Notes: a model not told the origin generated them from the letters alone. Shown: positions 12,702 to 26,753, counted from the first letter of the whole stretch. The stretch: 63,677 bases of DNA, filler included, from Hausera hauseri (GCA_046269625.1; 11 parts of 11 records of this genome joined end to end with filler, not necessarily neighbours in it); one strand, 5' to 3'. Program-made: numbers and translations.

Positions 12702-13311
12702 NNNNNNNNNNNNNNNNNNNNNNNNNNNNNNNNNNNNNNNNNNNNTTAATTAATTAANNNNNNNNNNNNNNNNNNNNNNNNNNNNNNNNNNNNNNNNNNN
12801 NCTTTGTGGGTCGGATCCCGGACCGCTCCAGGTTCTACTTCAGTCCAGCGACATTCCGGCCGACGCGGCAGGAAGAGTCCCGGCCGATCTGTGGATTTGG
12901 TCAGGATGAAACCAGGAAAGGAAATCCCGCGGTTCCTTCGCAGCGACGGAGCTGAACTTTGGGAATGGTCTCGAGTTTCTGGAGAATAGTCCAAGTGACC
13001 TTCCCACTCGAGCATTATTTTTTAAAGCTCTAATAATAATAGCAGTGAGAATGCAATCTCCTGAACCAGCACGGCAAAGTTACAACGGAACTCTCCTTAA
13101 AATACTCTCTAAATACTAAATACTCTAAACGACACCCCGTTACCTTCTTCTTTTCTTTTCCCTCCTTACTAACAAAGAGATTATTATAGATATATTTTAG
13201 CCCGAGCTAAAACCAGTGTCTCAAATTATTCCATCATCCTGTTAAACATACCCTTTAAAGTGCGAAATGATGATGCGATGATCTCACAGTGATGTCATAA
13301 ACATGTGAGTA

Positions 13312-14551
13312 TACACCCTCTGTCCCAAAATAAACAAGAATAACTTTCTATGCTATGAACCGTGGACGCCATCTGTCGGATGGTGACTTAACTAACTATC
13401 AAAGTTTTATGACATGTCGTTCAGTGGAGGCCGAAATTCAACGCACTAAGTGACAGTTGTTTTAGCACAATATTAAATTTAGTTTTAAAATTGGTAAAAA
13501 TGCTGCGGAAACGTTTGAATTTCTGCAAAAAGTTTATGATGATAACTGTATATCCAAAACACAAGTGTTTGAGTGGTTCCGACGATTCAAGGAAGGCAGG
13601 GAAGATGTGGATGACGATAAACATACAAGCCGTCGCAGTCCATCTGATGTGATTACCGAAGAAAACATCGATAAAGTACGTGATTTCATGAAAGTGCCCC
13701 AGAATTCTTCAATCAGATTAATGGAAATGGGGCTTAACATACCGAAAACAACAATTCATCGCATTTTAACTGAAAAACTTTGTCTAAGAAAATTACTTCA
13801 AAGTTTGTTCTACATCAACTGAATGATGACTAAAAATTAAACCGAATGGAACATTGCAAAGACATCATTAAACACGCTCGAAATGACGAAAACTCCTTAA
13901 ACACTATTGTAACTGGTGATGAAACATGGTGTTTCCAATACGAACCAAAAACAAAGCGTTAGTGATGAATGGCGGTCACCAGATGAAGGAAATCCAAAAA
14001 ATCGCGTTTGGCGAAGTCAAAAATCAAAACAATGCTCATTTGTTTTCTCGATTCTAAGGGAATTATCCATAAAGAGTTCTGTTCCAAATGGGATAACCGC
14101 TAATGGTGAGTATTATCTTCAAGTACTGAAGCGTTTGCCATTCTGTATTCGTCGTGTTCGTCCTGAATATCGAGAACCAGGCAGTTGGAGATTTTTGCAT
14201 GACAATGCACCTTCTCATCGTGCGACAATTATCAGCGATTTTTAACTAAAAATAATTTTTTTTTGCTTCAACACTCCCTGCACTAGTCGGATCTAGATCC
14301 CTGCGATTATTTCCTACTTCCTAAACTCCGTTATGAAAGGAAACCGTTTTTCATCAATTAAAGACATTCAACGGACGACAACCGCCATCCTCAACAACAT
14401 TTCAATCAACGACATACAAAATTCATTTGATGCACTTGTCGAACAAGCTATGGAGATTTTTTCGAATAAATAAAATGATTTTTGTAAAAATTAATAAACT
14501 ACTTGTGCGGACTTTTAATCCATTCCGGTTTCTTTTGGGACAGATGGTGTA
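13312..14551 (+). mobile_element. Tc1/mariner (DD34D mariner-type) transposon, full length, inactive
   Basis: About 30-bp imperfect TIRs TACACCcTCTGTCCCAAAAtAAAC..GAAT (13312-13341) and its complement (14522-14551) with terminal TA; about 1.24 kb. Confidence 0.9.
13470..14470 (+). pseudogene. Mariner transposase
   Basis: WFRRFKEGREDVDDD, IVTGDETWCF, FLHDNAPSH, SDLDPCDYFL; multiple frameshifts. Confidence 0.92.
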
Positions 14552-14809
14552 TTCACAATAGCTTTAAAAAATTTTGTCCATATTAATCCAAATATATTTG
14601 CGTTGGTTTTGTAACCTATTATTTCTGGTTATTTCTTGCGAATAATTCATTTTCAAAATTGGAATTTATTATAAATATTAAGAAAATATGACAATTAAGA
14701 TAATTAAATCTTTACAGTAATTCAACGAAAAATATATGAATTTTGCATGTTAACAAATTTTAGGATTTTCACCAAGCACTTCTCTAAATTCCTATCTAGA
14801 TACATAGTA

Positions 14810-15490
14810 CTTACAGGGAACTCAGATTTTGATGAAATTTTGCTCTTATCCAGAAATATCTGAGTTCTGAATAATAATTTTTGTATTATCGGTATTTCTT
14901 GCGTAATTGATTCTATTATATGAAAGCAAAATACAAAAAATAGCGGAGTTTAATTTAATAAACTAATGAGTATATCAAGGTCAGATAATACACGCAACTT
15001 TACATGAACCATTTTATATTTGGAAAGTATTTTTGTTCAGTTGCACAGAATTTACACATTAGTTCGGTTTTTGTATTAAAACAAATAAAACAAAGTAGTG
15101 CATGAATGGAAATCCATTTATAAAAGTTTCGCAAATTACTTGAATACAGAAACAAATTGTACTGCTTTGTTTTATTTGTTTCAATATCAAATTCGAAATA
15201 ATGTGCAATTTCTGTGCATTGAACAAAATAACTTCCCGAATAAACAACGATTTGTGTAAAGTTGTGTGTAATATCTGATCGGGATATACACAATTTTTTT
15301 TAAATAAAATGCCGTTATTTTAGGTATTTTATGTTTCATATTGAGAACCACATATGTAAGAAGTACCGATAACACATTAAATTATTATCCAGAACTCAGC
15401 AGTCTCTGGATAAGAGCAAAATTAATGATATATTTGAATCCAGCATACAAAGTTACTTTACTGTACAGAATTTCATCAGAAACTAAGTTT
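14810..15490. repeat. Degenerate long inverted repeat (MITE/foldback-like)
   Basis: Nested complementary blocks 14836-14873/15385-15423, 14981-15003/15256-15278 and 15021-15058/15202-15236. Confidence 0.65.
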
Positions 15491-17879
15491 AGAATTAAAG
15501 TAGTATTCCTTGTTAGTATTTTTAGTTTTACGTTTTTCTATATGCTCTTAAGCAGTAACCTTCCCATTAAAAAGAAATTACTGTACTACAAAATTATTAT
15601 TACAAAGTGTGAATATTTATGTAAGATATTATAGGAGTACAGTTCAAGAAAGGAGTTCCATTAGGTTTTCTGGTACATGTTATGATTAATAAAAATTTAC
15701 AACGTTATCTTATTTTTCTAATATTAAAGTCGTAACCAGTGTGTAACATTGATGGAGTTAAATTGCTAATAGTGATATGCTAATTATTGTACCTATTAAA
15801 AGCATCGTAGTTTTACATGTATTGTTGAGGTAATTATGAGGTATGATGTAGCATGCTGAGGTAGTTACTGTTAGAGTTAACATTACTTGTACTTGAAGCT
15901 GTAGGCCGTAATGCAAATTTGTGATACAGCATGACACAATGTTCCGAAACAAGTAGCAACAGAAAATAATAAATTAGCATTCAATTAACGAAGTTAAAAT
16001 GATATGTTGTGTTTAAACCTAAAGTTAAGATGTTAATTCTAAAGTTAATGAGCACGTAACGTTAATGAAATAGTTGCTAACAAAAGCAAATTGAAAATTA
16101 TTGAAGGCATAGTGATAACAATTACCGAAATTTAAAGTTATTAATCAATGTATGAAATGATTGTAGAAATTGTAATAATGTTTAAAAGTTTTTTTAAGTA
16201 TAATTTCAATCAAGAATTTATTTACAATAAGTACAAAAATATCAAAATTACAAAATTAGTGTTAATACAATGTAATCAATTTAGTTCCATTTTACTTAAT
16301 TACACTAAAGTCAGGCACTTAGTTACTAAAAAGAGTAACGTAAAGCCCCCAGAATTAAGAACTGTACCTACAAATAAATTTTGTAGCTAAATTAAGTAAC
16401 CAAACACCTAATATTGTATAGAAACTAATAAATTAGAACATTGAACTGAACAAAATTTTTACTAGAAAATTAGTATTTGACTCAAAATGTTTTTAAACCC
16501 TAGGGTTTATTTGAGTTAAATTTGGTTTCATTTCTCGAAAACTTTACTCAGCAATACAATTCTTTTGTGAAGAAGTTTTGGTCTTTTCAATTGGGATCCG
16601 AAACCAACGTAAATTTATTTTCATTTATTATTTAAATTTACTTGAGTTTATTTATTATCTTGGTTTTTAGTAAATAAATTCATTCCCACTAATTAATTGC
16701 GGTCGCAGCTGAAATCATAGTAAGCTACGCGAATCACACATAAATCACTAAAATATAAACAATAAGGGAAAGTAATTTCTACTTTTGAGTTAAATACCCT
16801 TCTCCAAGGAATTAGTTAAATCTTATACAAGGGATTTACAAAAACAAATTGCATAAATAGTTAATGTGCATTAAAATTCTTTGGGAACGTCTAAAAATTA
16901 GATTTGAATATTACCTTTGGGTTTTTCAAGAACGTTTAGAGTTCTTTTTTGCAAGACACGCAATTAATNNNNNNNNNNNNNNNNNNNNNNNNNNNNNNNN
17001 NNNNNNNNNNNNTTAATTAATTAANNNNNNNNNNNNNNNNNNNNNNNNNNNNNNNNNNNNNNNNNNNNAGCAATTTATTTCTTAAAATCAAAAATTTAAG
17101 CCATCATAAACGGATATGAGATATTCACCCTAACAGGATTCTCATGTAAAGTTTTAACGGCCATTATCACACCACTCGGTAAATTCCTAAAAGCTTACGA
17201 AGAAAGTAAATGGAAAGCGGATGTTGAACGACATGTCACTTACTGTAATCTAAAATGAAAAAGGAGACATATATTTAATTGCAAACTCAAATTCATCAAT
17301 ATCAAAACACGAAAAGATTACTCTGACGATGGCGAGCCTAAGGAAGGAGACTCCTTCTCCAGGATAAATAGACATAAAAGCTATTCATTTATAAAACCAC
17401 CGTTAACAATATTACCGCCAACTGCGCCTATATGTAAAGATTGTGAGAAACAATCTATGAACTCATATCAAACGGACATCTACAGAAAACCGTTCAACCT
17501 TGAGGATCCTTATGAAGAAACAAAACACTACGATGTATTACGCAAAGTACATACATCATTGTCCAGCAGTTTACGACCACAGAATAATTTATTCACCTAA
17601 AATATCCAGGACGAGTGAAATTCTATCACAATTTTCAAGAGACCACGAAATGCTAGCTTTTAGAAACCAAGAATTGCAGTTAACAGTTAAAACTCAGGAA
17701 ACGGAAATCGTCAATTGAGCGAACAATGAACTGTATCCAAATGGAGATCTAAGACAGTCAATCGACCAGCCAGTTGTAGTCACAGAAGTTACAATTAAGG
17801 GATATAAAGTATCAACAATTCAACATCTCAAAATAGCGCCGAATTACTATGGTACGGTAATCGAAGGTAGACCCTTCAC

Positions 17880-20800
17880 GAAAATTCAGTTATAAGGTTG
17901 GAAATTCTACGCACTGAAAGACACAGGATCCGAAATATCGCTTATAAAGCATGACTCAATACCAAAGTATCTACGGAAACAATTATATCCACCTCCAACA
18001 ACAGATCCAGGAAGTATTGGAGCTTTTGGACAGTCACCAAAAAGCAAATATCGATGGAACCCAAAAATTCACATAATAAGAAAATACTTTTACCAAGAAT
18101 TTTCATTGATGGAATGGACAACGGGTGATGTAGTACTAGGATGTTATTTGTAAAGACAACTACGAAACGTAGCAATAGTTTATCATGCCTGAAAATTATT
18201 ACAACTTGGTCAAATAGAAGGTGTAAATACTACTAAGGACGGAAAATTTGGAGAAGTATGGATTTCAGTAGACGAAAATATTCCGTCTAGAACAGAGGTG
18301 TTGATGTACGCTCCGATCCGTCAAGATGACGACCAACCAGTATATTTTGATCAAAAAGAATCATTAAACTCAAGAGTTGTACTCAGGAATATATTAACGA
18401 GAGTATCAACTGGCCGAGTACCAATCAGAATAGCAAATAGTGCACCGATCCCAATGAAATTGTACGCCAATACCACTTTGACTCATAAGTATAGAGTATC
18501 ATCTATAACTATTGAAGGAAAACATTACAAATGTGCCGAATTTTCACCTCACGTCGAAACCAAATTTTTACCCGAATTATAATACCGTTTTTACGAACTA
18601 CTTTGGCGTTAGAGCACAATCATTGCTAAATACGAAGAAGATATTGGTAAAGCTAAAGCCTTTAGATTAACAATTCCGTTTAAGCAAAGCCTGGCTCAAA
18701 TGATGAAATTGATCTGGAAGATCAAAAAGTTGCAAAAATGGCATCCTCATCCGCACTCGTTAATGGCCGAGATAACGAAGGAAGTTAAACGTATGCTTAA
18801 GACTGAAATAATTAGACTGAGCCACAGATCTTGGTACTCGCCCGTACTTATGGTTAAAAGGAATGATACTACGAAACATCGATTTTATATCGATTATGGA
18901 GCATTAAAGACTCTTATGATGAAGGGTTCCTTCTCATTACCATCAGTAAAAGGAGCCCTAGATAGACATGTCGGAGCAAAGTGGTTTACCATACTAGATT
19001 TGCAATCTGGATATATCCAAGCGGAAATAGAGGATGAAGACCTCTATAAAACCGCATTTAAAACACATGACGGTGTATAGGAATTTAACGTTATGCCATT
19101 TGAAATAAATATGGAACCAGCCATCTTTACTCGAATGGTGAACAAAATGTTGATGGGACTGGAATACGCCTTTGCGTACTTGGATAATGTAATGATCGTA
19201 TCACAAACGGAAGAAGAACACGTAAAGGATATCGAGGCCACGCTTATGAGCGTGGAGCAAGCATGATTGAAATTGAATCCTATAAAATGTAAATGGGCTC
19301 AAAATGCAGTATCCTTTCATAAAAATATAGTTGGAGAAGGAGGATTAAAACCGGATAAGTCATTGTTAAACAAAATATCAGACTGTATGGAACGTCAGAA
19401 TCAAAAGGAATTAAGACACTGGTTAGGTTTATGAGGATATTATGCCACTTATTTACCAGATAATTCGAAAATAAATGCACCCTTGTACAATGTACTTAAA
19501 AAAGGAACTAAATGGAAATGGACCGATGTCGAACAAAAGGCTTTCGATGAAGTGAAGAAAATTTTAACCAGAGAACGTGTTTTAAGGTATCCTGATTTTA
19601 ATTTACCGTTTATAATTAAAACTCATGACAGTAAAGAATGCATTGTATACGAGTTAGCTCAGAAACGAGACGATGAAGAGCTAGAGCATCCGATCGCTTA
19701 TGGAGGACGATCAATAAAGAAAGTCGAGAAAAACTATTCTGTTACGAAATTAGAAACTCTAGCTGTAGAAGAAGCTCTACGACACTAACGTTTATGTCAA
19801 TGGACAGAAGATTATAATTGTTACTTATCATAAAGCCGTTAAAACCTTAAGAGGTAGAGCAAATAACCCAACATGTAGACTCAACAGATAGGACGAAGAA
19901 ATTTCGCGATAAAATATTGAATTTCAATATAAGCCTGCACGCAAACATGTAGACGCCGATGCACTTTCAAGACTCAAAACTAAAACAAGCGCAATTACTG
20001 TAATGAGAAAAACTCAGCTACAAAATCTAGTAGATAGATAACAAGCTCTAACAATGCATAAAGCAATTAAAATTTCAATCGAACAAAAGAAGGGCAAAGT
20101 TATGCAACAAAACATCGTGTTTGCGTAAAATGATATAACCCCAAAAGGTCACAATATACGAAAATAGTTACAAAGAAATGGTCATATATATTATGTAACA
20201 GGAGAAAAAAGCCATGAAAATGTATTATATTACGAATGAAAAGGACCGAAATTAGTAGTCATACCAAAAGGGATTACGGATAGAAGTAATAATGGCGGAA
20301 CATAATTCATACTTAGCTGAACACGTCTTGGGAGAAGAAATTAGTAAGAATACTAAATAAGTATTACGAGCCAAGCATATACATTGATTTAAAAAGTAGG
20401 GTAAGTGCTTGTGAAGTATGTTAACAAACAGAGAAAAGCAAAAAATTACATTGTCAATCTCAAACCGATAAATGCACCGGAGAGACCAATGCAAGCGATG
20501 TCCATGGATATTGTAGGGCCTTTGCCTACAAATCAGAATTAATAAATACATCCTGACATGCATAGACTTATTAACTGATTTTGTCGAACTAATGGCATTA
20601 ATTGATCAAAAAGCTGAAACTGGCAGAATCCGCAGTAAGAAAAATCATCTGCAGATATGGATCGCCCGAAGAAATCTTAACAGATCGAGGAAGGAATTTT
20701 ATAAATGAATTATTCGATAAAATTACCAGAAGAACTGGGATGAATTTTTAGAAGGTACACAATTTGCTATTAATACTACCCCACATCCTGTGACTGGATT

Positions 20801-21170
20801 TACACCATTCTGTATGATGTATGGCAGAAAAGCCATATTACCGACAAACGTGGGAATGATACCGTATACAGCAAAACCAGAAGATTTAGATCAAAATTTT
20901 GTCAGTGTTATAGACAAGATACAAAAATGTTGGGAAGTGACAAAAGAGTTATCCCAAGGGTGTCAAAAACAATTTAAAAAACAATACGATAAGAAAGCTA
21001 AATTACATGATCTAGAACAAGGAAATTGGGTTTATGTACATTACCCAGTAGCCAAGAAAGGCACATCCCTGAAGCTCACTCGAACTGGAAGAGGACCTTA
21101 TGAGGTTATGAAAACCACGCCGACTACAGTATACATGAACAAAATAGGCAGAGAAGAAATCGTATCTGTG
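17880..21170 (+). mobile_element. pol: Degenerate Gypsy pol (PR-RT-RH-IN with GPY)
   Basis: FYALKDTGSEISLI (~17905), WYSPVLMVKR, LDLQSGY, AYLDNVMI, YPDFNLPFIIKT, HPIAYGGR..NYSVTKLE, HVDADALSR, SMDIVGPLP, LTDRGRNF, TGFTPF..YGR, GRGPYEV. Confidence 0.92.
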
Positions 21171-21679
21171 GTGCTCATTTTAGCCCATATAAAATGTGCT
21201 TTTACTGTTTGTTTTAATATTCAAATTTTTTAAGTTACAATTTCAATGTAATTTTATTAATGGCTGCATCCTCAATAAATATCCATTTTGTTATCGTTGG
21301 TTAATAGTGTTTTGATATTTTGATATTCAAGTGGCATCTCTATTTAATGTTAACAATTTATTGCATGCCAATGGATTTATTTATAATATTTCATTGAATT
21401 CTACAGTATGGAACTACGTACCAATTCCAAGTCGTACCAAAGTCGTCACTTTTCAAAATATCATTGATTCTAAATGCAATTAACGATTCCGTTATGAATC
21501 TGGATTTTCCATTACATTATTCAGCGAACTATCGAACATCTGATAATTGTAAGATACCTAAAACCCAGTCAAATTCTTCCCATAGAATGGATTACTCACA
21601 ATATTAAGAAGATTATTCCCACATTAGTGATATTCAGTCAGCAAACAATTTATCATTGTCAGAACATTGGGAATTTGGC

Positions 21680-22100
21680 ATTCATGACGTTTCCCTGTCA
21701 TCTCTGCATGTGAGATAGCCAAGCTCAAAACAAACACGGGATATAGTAAGGGTGGCCTGTCCGTAAAACTCTGGATGCAAGTAAGTCAAACAAAGTGAAC
21801 GATCCAATTGCCAACCGAGAATAGATCATCATCACCCACTCAATCTCAAGCTCGTGTTAATGAAACAGTTTGTCAAAGCATTGAATGTCAATGGTGAAAT
21901 CTTTCAACACATAGTTTCTGTTTTGCTTGCTTTATCGTTTGAGAAGGTTAAAGCAAGTGTGTTTGACGGTCCTCATATTCTCACCCTTGTTTGTGATGAA
22001 TATTTTGTCAGAAAGATGAACAAAATTGAGAAGACAGAGTGGCTATAATTTGTGTTAGTTATACAAAACTTTCTTCGTAATAAGAATGTAGGTAACTATT
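21680..22100 (+). pseudogene. DNA transposase fragment, probably Chapaev/CMC type
   Basis: FPCHLCM*DS..WPVR..LKLVLMKQFVKALNVNG..LSFEKVKASVFDGP matches the PLHIKLGLMKQFVKAL..KLKAGIFDGPQ transposase family; the superfamily name is from recall. Confidence 0.7.
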
Positions 22101-22499
22101 AAAGTAGTTATATTATGAGGGATATGGGCCGGTATTAGTACGAGCTAATCTAAACCATTGATTTCTCTTTGGTTTCTGTTGCGATATGGTTGACAAGAAA
22201 TGGGACGCAACGTCATAGGGAACGTCATGAATTTTTGCTAGGGAAACCTAAAAAACTGTCGTTCATTCGGTGAAACCTTCCTTACGGCTGCCTTCTGCGC
22301 AAAGGTTCATCGAGTATCGTCCAGGCAGAATTCAGAAACTAAAAAATCGCTTTATCCCTTTCAAGAGCAGGCTGCATAAACCAAATAAAAAAATGTACGA
22401 AAATAGATAACGATGATTAAAATTGAATAAACTCCAGTTCACTGAAATTTTTGTATTACTGTTTACAGCTGCAGACATCATCAGTTTTAGATGTACGTA

Positions 22500-23200
22500 T
22501 TTAGATTTTCAAAAATATTGCCGAATTTCTGCAGTTTTAGTCTGTCATTTGGTTCATAACTGAATCATTGCTGTAAATAAGCTATTAGGGAATTTGGAAT
22601 TTTATTTTTTTGCACTGTATCGAACGGTGGAGTTTTCTGATTTACAGTACTCCATAATGATGGATTTTGATTCGGTATTAACCCCGTGTACATTTCCCAT
22701 ATTGAAAAGGTAAAACCGTAAAGATCTGTCTTGCCTGATATGGTTTCAGAGTGGTGCAGAACTTCTGGAGCTAATCAATTGTATAAATTTTCTATCAAGC
22801 AATTTTAATTGAGCATATGAGCTGTGTTCTCAAACATTGAACTTGTTCCAACTGCATACTCGAAATTTCCTAATTTGACAAACTGCTTATTTATCAAATA
22901 GGCTGCGTATGATGAGATAGTATCCACGTACAACATCTTTGGAATAAATAAAATGTAAAGCCTCTATTAACTGGCCGATTGGATTGGATGTTTCACTTGG
23001 TTCGAGTGATTTTTTGACATGTGAGAAGTTATAAGTGGAGCCATTTTGACAGTAGTCAAGTATTAACTAGTATAGCACTGAATTGGAAAATTTTTCAAGA
23101 ATGATGTTCGCTGCGAATAAATTAAGTATGTGCGGATGACATAATGACCCTAGAAACGATGATTCTCGAATTACTTAATTTGATACGTACAATTCTTTTC
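22500..23200 (-). pseudogene. Intronless protein (pseudo)kinase pseudogene, TEX14-like
   Basis: Manual translation: LGSLCHPHILNLFA..LILDYCQNGS..QLIEALHFIYSKDVV / ISSYAAYLINKQFVKLGNFEYA..NLYN*LAPEVL..KTDLYGF..IWEMYTGLIP. Confidence 0.7.
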
Positions 23201-23369
23201 TGGATACTTTGCTTTTACCACAAAATGTCATTTTGNNNNNNNNNNNNNNNNNNNNNNNNNNNNNNNNNNNNNNNNNNNNTTAATTAATTAANNNNNNNNN
23301 NNNNNNNNNNNNNNNNNNNNNNNNNNNNNNNNNNNTGATGATGATTGCGCAGTTTATTTATTATCGACG

Positions 23370-24410
23370 ATGACGACAAAAATGGAACATAAAATGTGTC
23401 TTGGCTCCAAACAGAAATTAAACGGTTTTCAAAATTCTTCTACTATAAACACTGAAATACTGTGCACAACATTGTGAGTCAATGATAAATACATGGGCCG
23501 AATGATATTTACACGAGCTGTTTCGCCCGGTGTTTCGTACACGTCCGAATTCAGTCCAATAGAAGCCAATAGTTGTTTACGGTGGCTGTCAACATATACG
23601 GGTTCAGTTTTATTCGTTAAAATATTGATTCGATAAAATACTTCGTAGAGACGTCGTTTGTGTTTAGTAGCAATGGACTGTCCTCCGCCGGTTTGATCGA
23701 ATTTTTGTTTTTTAAAACCCAGATTCCGTGCCAATAGTTTATCAAAGGCAAACCATGGAACATTATTATGTAGTGTAAACGAAATACGACCATCAGAGTT
23801 TAATTCAAATGTCTTGGTAGCCAATTTATCTAGTGCCTTTATGGTTGTTCACAATTCTGTTTCCGTTTCCGTAAGAAAATCATGTCCTGTTGTATGAGAG
23901 TAAAAGAATGATTCAGTCTTTTGCCAGTTTACTATAATATCGGTGGTTTTTATGGTGTTTTCAGAAAGGTTTAATTTTTCACTAATTATACTATGCCCAC
24001 CGATCTGTAGACCTTTCGAGTGACATTGACAGATTGAAAACCCATGCCTGAGTGTCGGTTAGTGATTTAAATTGAAATTCAATTGGACGTTTGTGTTTTA
24101 GCATCAATCGATTGTTTAAATGAAAAATATAAACCGGTAAATATTGCCGCTTGTAACTGCGAACGTAAAATATTCCATTAGAGTTTCGGGCTAACTGCAA
24201 ACGACTAGATGCTGGAGATTGTCTTAGTAGAGTATAGTATATTCCACTGTTCTCACGTCTTGTTATTGGTGAAAATGTACATATGAATTCCGCCAGAGCC
24301 ACTTCCCAGGCTGCCTGGCATAAATCGAGCAGCTAGTCCAACGCCATGGTAAACCGTTCAGCTATATTATTGTTTTTGTTGTTGTCATGTTCTATAATCT
24401 GTTACTATCA
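23370..24410 (-). pseudogene. Polinton minor capsid (penton) protein
   Basis: N-terminal RFTMALD*LLDL..AWEVALAEF; C-terminal QLLASI..PMYLSL..VHSISVFI. Confidence 0.75.
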
Positions 24411-24429
24411 AGTACCAAATAAGTGCTCA

Positions 24430-25430
24430 TCACTCAATATGCGACGGAAATATCCAACTCGGTATAATGTATCAGCGACACTTGACGAGATATTGTTTAT
24501 TCGAAAAATGGGCGGTTTTCCAGTAGTACTTGCAATTTCTGTTTGTAAAATTTTCCGAGTATTTTGTTACCATTTTAATTTTCTAAACCGTACATAACAG
24601 ATGTTTGATTTATGTTGATTGCTGAAATTCCCAATTGAAATTCTTAATGAATGGTGTCGTACTCAGCTTTGAAATAGGTACATGATCACCAATTTTATAC
24701 TTGGGACGTTTAATTAGTCGTTGTCGTTGTTGTGTTCGGTTCTGGTAAAACCCCATGTCCAATCATCGATTACTACCACCGGCCGTAATCCGTTGATACC
24801 ACGATGTATCGAATGATTGTATGCATGGATAATATCCGGTAGTACATTTATCCAGCGTTTTTTGCCCTGCTTGGTAAAGAATGTTTTCAGTCGGCGGCGT
24901 AAGATTTAATTAAACCGTTCAACAAGTGCAGCTTTGTATTATGAAAACACCGAGTAGTAGTTTACACGGAACCGCCTCAAAACCAATGCAACATGGAAGT
25001 TGCAAAATTCTTTACCCAAATCCGTTTGTACATGTTTCGGTGGTTGTTTTTGCTGCTTAATTAATCTGTGAATAGCGTCGGCAATCTCTTTACCCGATTT
25101 GGATTTGACAACAATTGTACGCGCAAAACTATTAAACACATCAATACATATCATCACATATTGATACCCATCGTTGATGCTGGCGTACGGAATCAATTCC
25201 ATGAGATCCATTTACAATACATTATTTACACCTGCAGTATGGTATACACGAGTTGAAAACCGCCTTCTTATCGGTTTGTTTAGGCTTTATGCTAACTCTT
25301 TTGCGAGCCAACGTTGGGTTTTTTACCGAGTCTGTTTGACATTCTTTGCCACTTTGTAGACGCCAATATACCTGACGGGATGACACGGATCATATCACAC
25401 GTCACCCATCGTTGTCGTCAATGATGTCAT
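24430..25430 (-). pseudogene. Polinton retroviral-like (rve) integrase
   Basis: YDP.HP, WL....AYSLNKPIRRRF, MDLMEL..NDGYQYVMICIDVF, VQTDLGKEF, KAALVERFN, YNHSIH, KYKIGDHV. Confidence 0.92.
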
Positions 25431-25554
25431 TTTTGTTTGCATTGCAGCAATTAGAACGAAACGTAAATGAAAGATTCGGTAAACTGGGGCAAAATGATAA
25501 AAACCATGCACCCATATCCCCGAATCACCATATATAAACTGTCATTGTTTATAT

Positions 25555-25880
25555 TATGCTGCAGAACCAGAGTCCACCTATTAATGACGTGACAATCGTA
25601 GAATTGCACCAAAGAATCCGCCATGTTGCTAATACATGACCTCTCGTTTCAGACGTTTACTACAAACGTTGGCAAAGGCAATGAATGGTTTTCGATACTT
25701 TAGTAAATTTCGCTTTCCACTCCCAATATCAACGTGACCCACAACGATATTGTACAAAATTTCCTTCAAATCGTCCACAAATTGCGGGAATGATCGCAGC
25801 ATGTTTCGCTTGTCTCGTAGTTGCCTCGAGCAAATCAATAAAGTATGGCTGATTACGTATGAATCGCATTTTTGGACGTA
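25555..25880 (-). pseudogene. Small Polinton core or membrane-active protein
   Basis: LKEILYNIVVGHVDI..LLKYRK..KRLKR..QHGGFFGAIL/TIVTSLIGG resembles the conserved small Polinton ORF (E..LN.L.G.V.....Q.GGF amphipathic end). Confidence 0.6.
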
Positions 25881-26103
25881 TTGATGCTGAGACGTAGTTG
25901 TTTATAACTGTTTCCACTGTGACGGTAATTTGCGTCTAGCTGATGCTGCTGTTGTTAGAAGCACAGAATTAATTAATATCTTGACTTTAGCGGTTCGATT
26001 TGATGAGTTTCTTGCCGGACACCCGCTTGGTAGGTTTACGTTTAGCAATTCTTTTTCGGAAATTCTTCATTTTATAACAATCATGTCGTCGATTTTTGAA
26101 TGT

Positions 26104-26665
26104 TTACACATGTACACCTTTCTGGCAGACAATATCTGTTCGTACACGCATGTCATCGGGACAATGGTGTGTAAAGTCATTAAACAAATATCCATGAGGT
26201 TTGCTCGTAGCATCTTGATATGCATCTATCAAGTAGGCTCGGTTGTGAGGAAATGCTTGTCGTGCAACATAATCAATGATAGTCTGACCACGAGGATTTT
26301 TGAACAACACCAAATAGTGTACGTTTAGATTTCTTGTTCGATGCTGTCCACCATGATAGATCATGTTTTGCGTAATGAAAATAACCGTCACACCACTGTA
26401 TCGCGCAATCTTCGCAAACAGGTTGTTGAATTCCAATTGTTTTGCGGCTTTCTGAAATAAATCGTCAATGACAATAACGTAATCGTTGCGTAATCCTCAG
26501 ACCAATTCCCATCAAACCCATCAGTCAACGTCATCGATTTTAATTTACAAAATTTCCGATGTCAAACCTGATTCACCATCATCACCAACACCCTGACGCC
26601 AGTAAATGTGGTTGTACCGCGGTGAATGGAACATTTCACGGTAGTTCTGCAATAGTTTACAAAGT
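26104..26665 (-). pseudogene. Polinton A32/FtsK-like packaging ATPase, Walker A region deleted
   Basis: YVIVIDDL (Walker B), VIFITQN, LNVHYLVLFKNPR, AYQDATSKPHGYL..RVRTDI. Confidence 0.9.
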
Positions 26666-26753
26666 GCAGCTTCATCTAAATAATACAACCTTTCCTAACA
26701 TAATTTGTTTATAATCGTGTTACACACATACATAGCTATAGTACACTGTTGCC

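Noticed and set aside
12802-13110. Possible gag start and LTR/PBS on the minus strand
   Set aside because: GC-richer and coding-like, but no motif could be confirmed before the contig end
17880-21170. This Gypsy pol being the replicase of the glycoprotein cassette
   Set aside because: Different contigs and no shared sequence; linkage cannot be inferred
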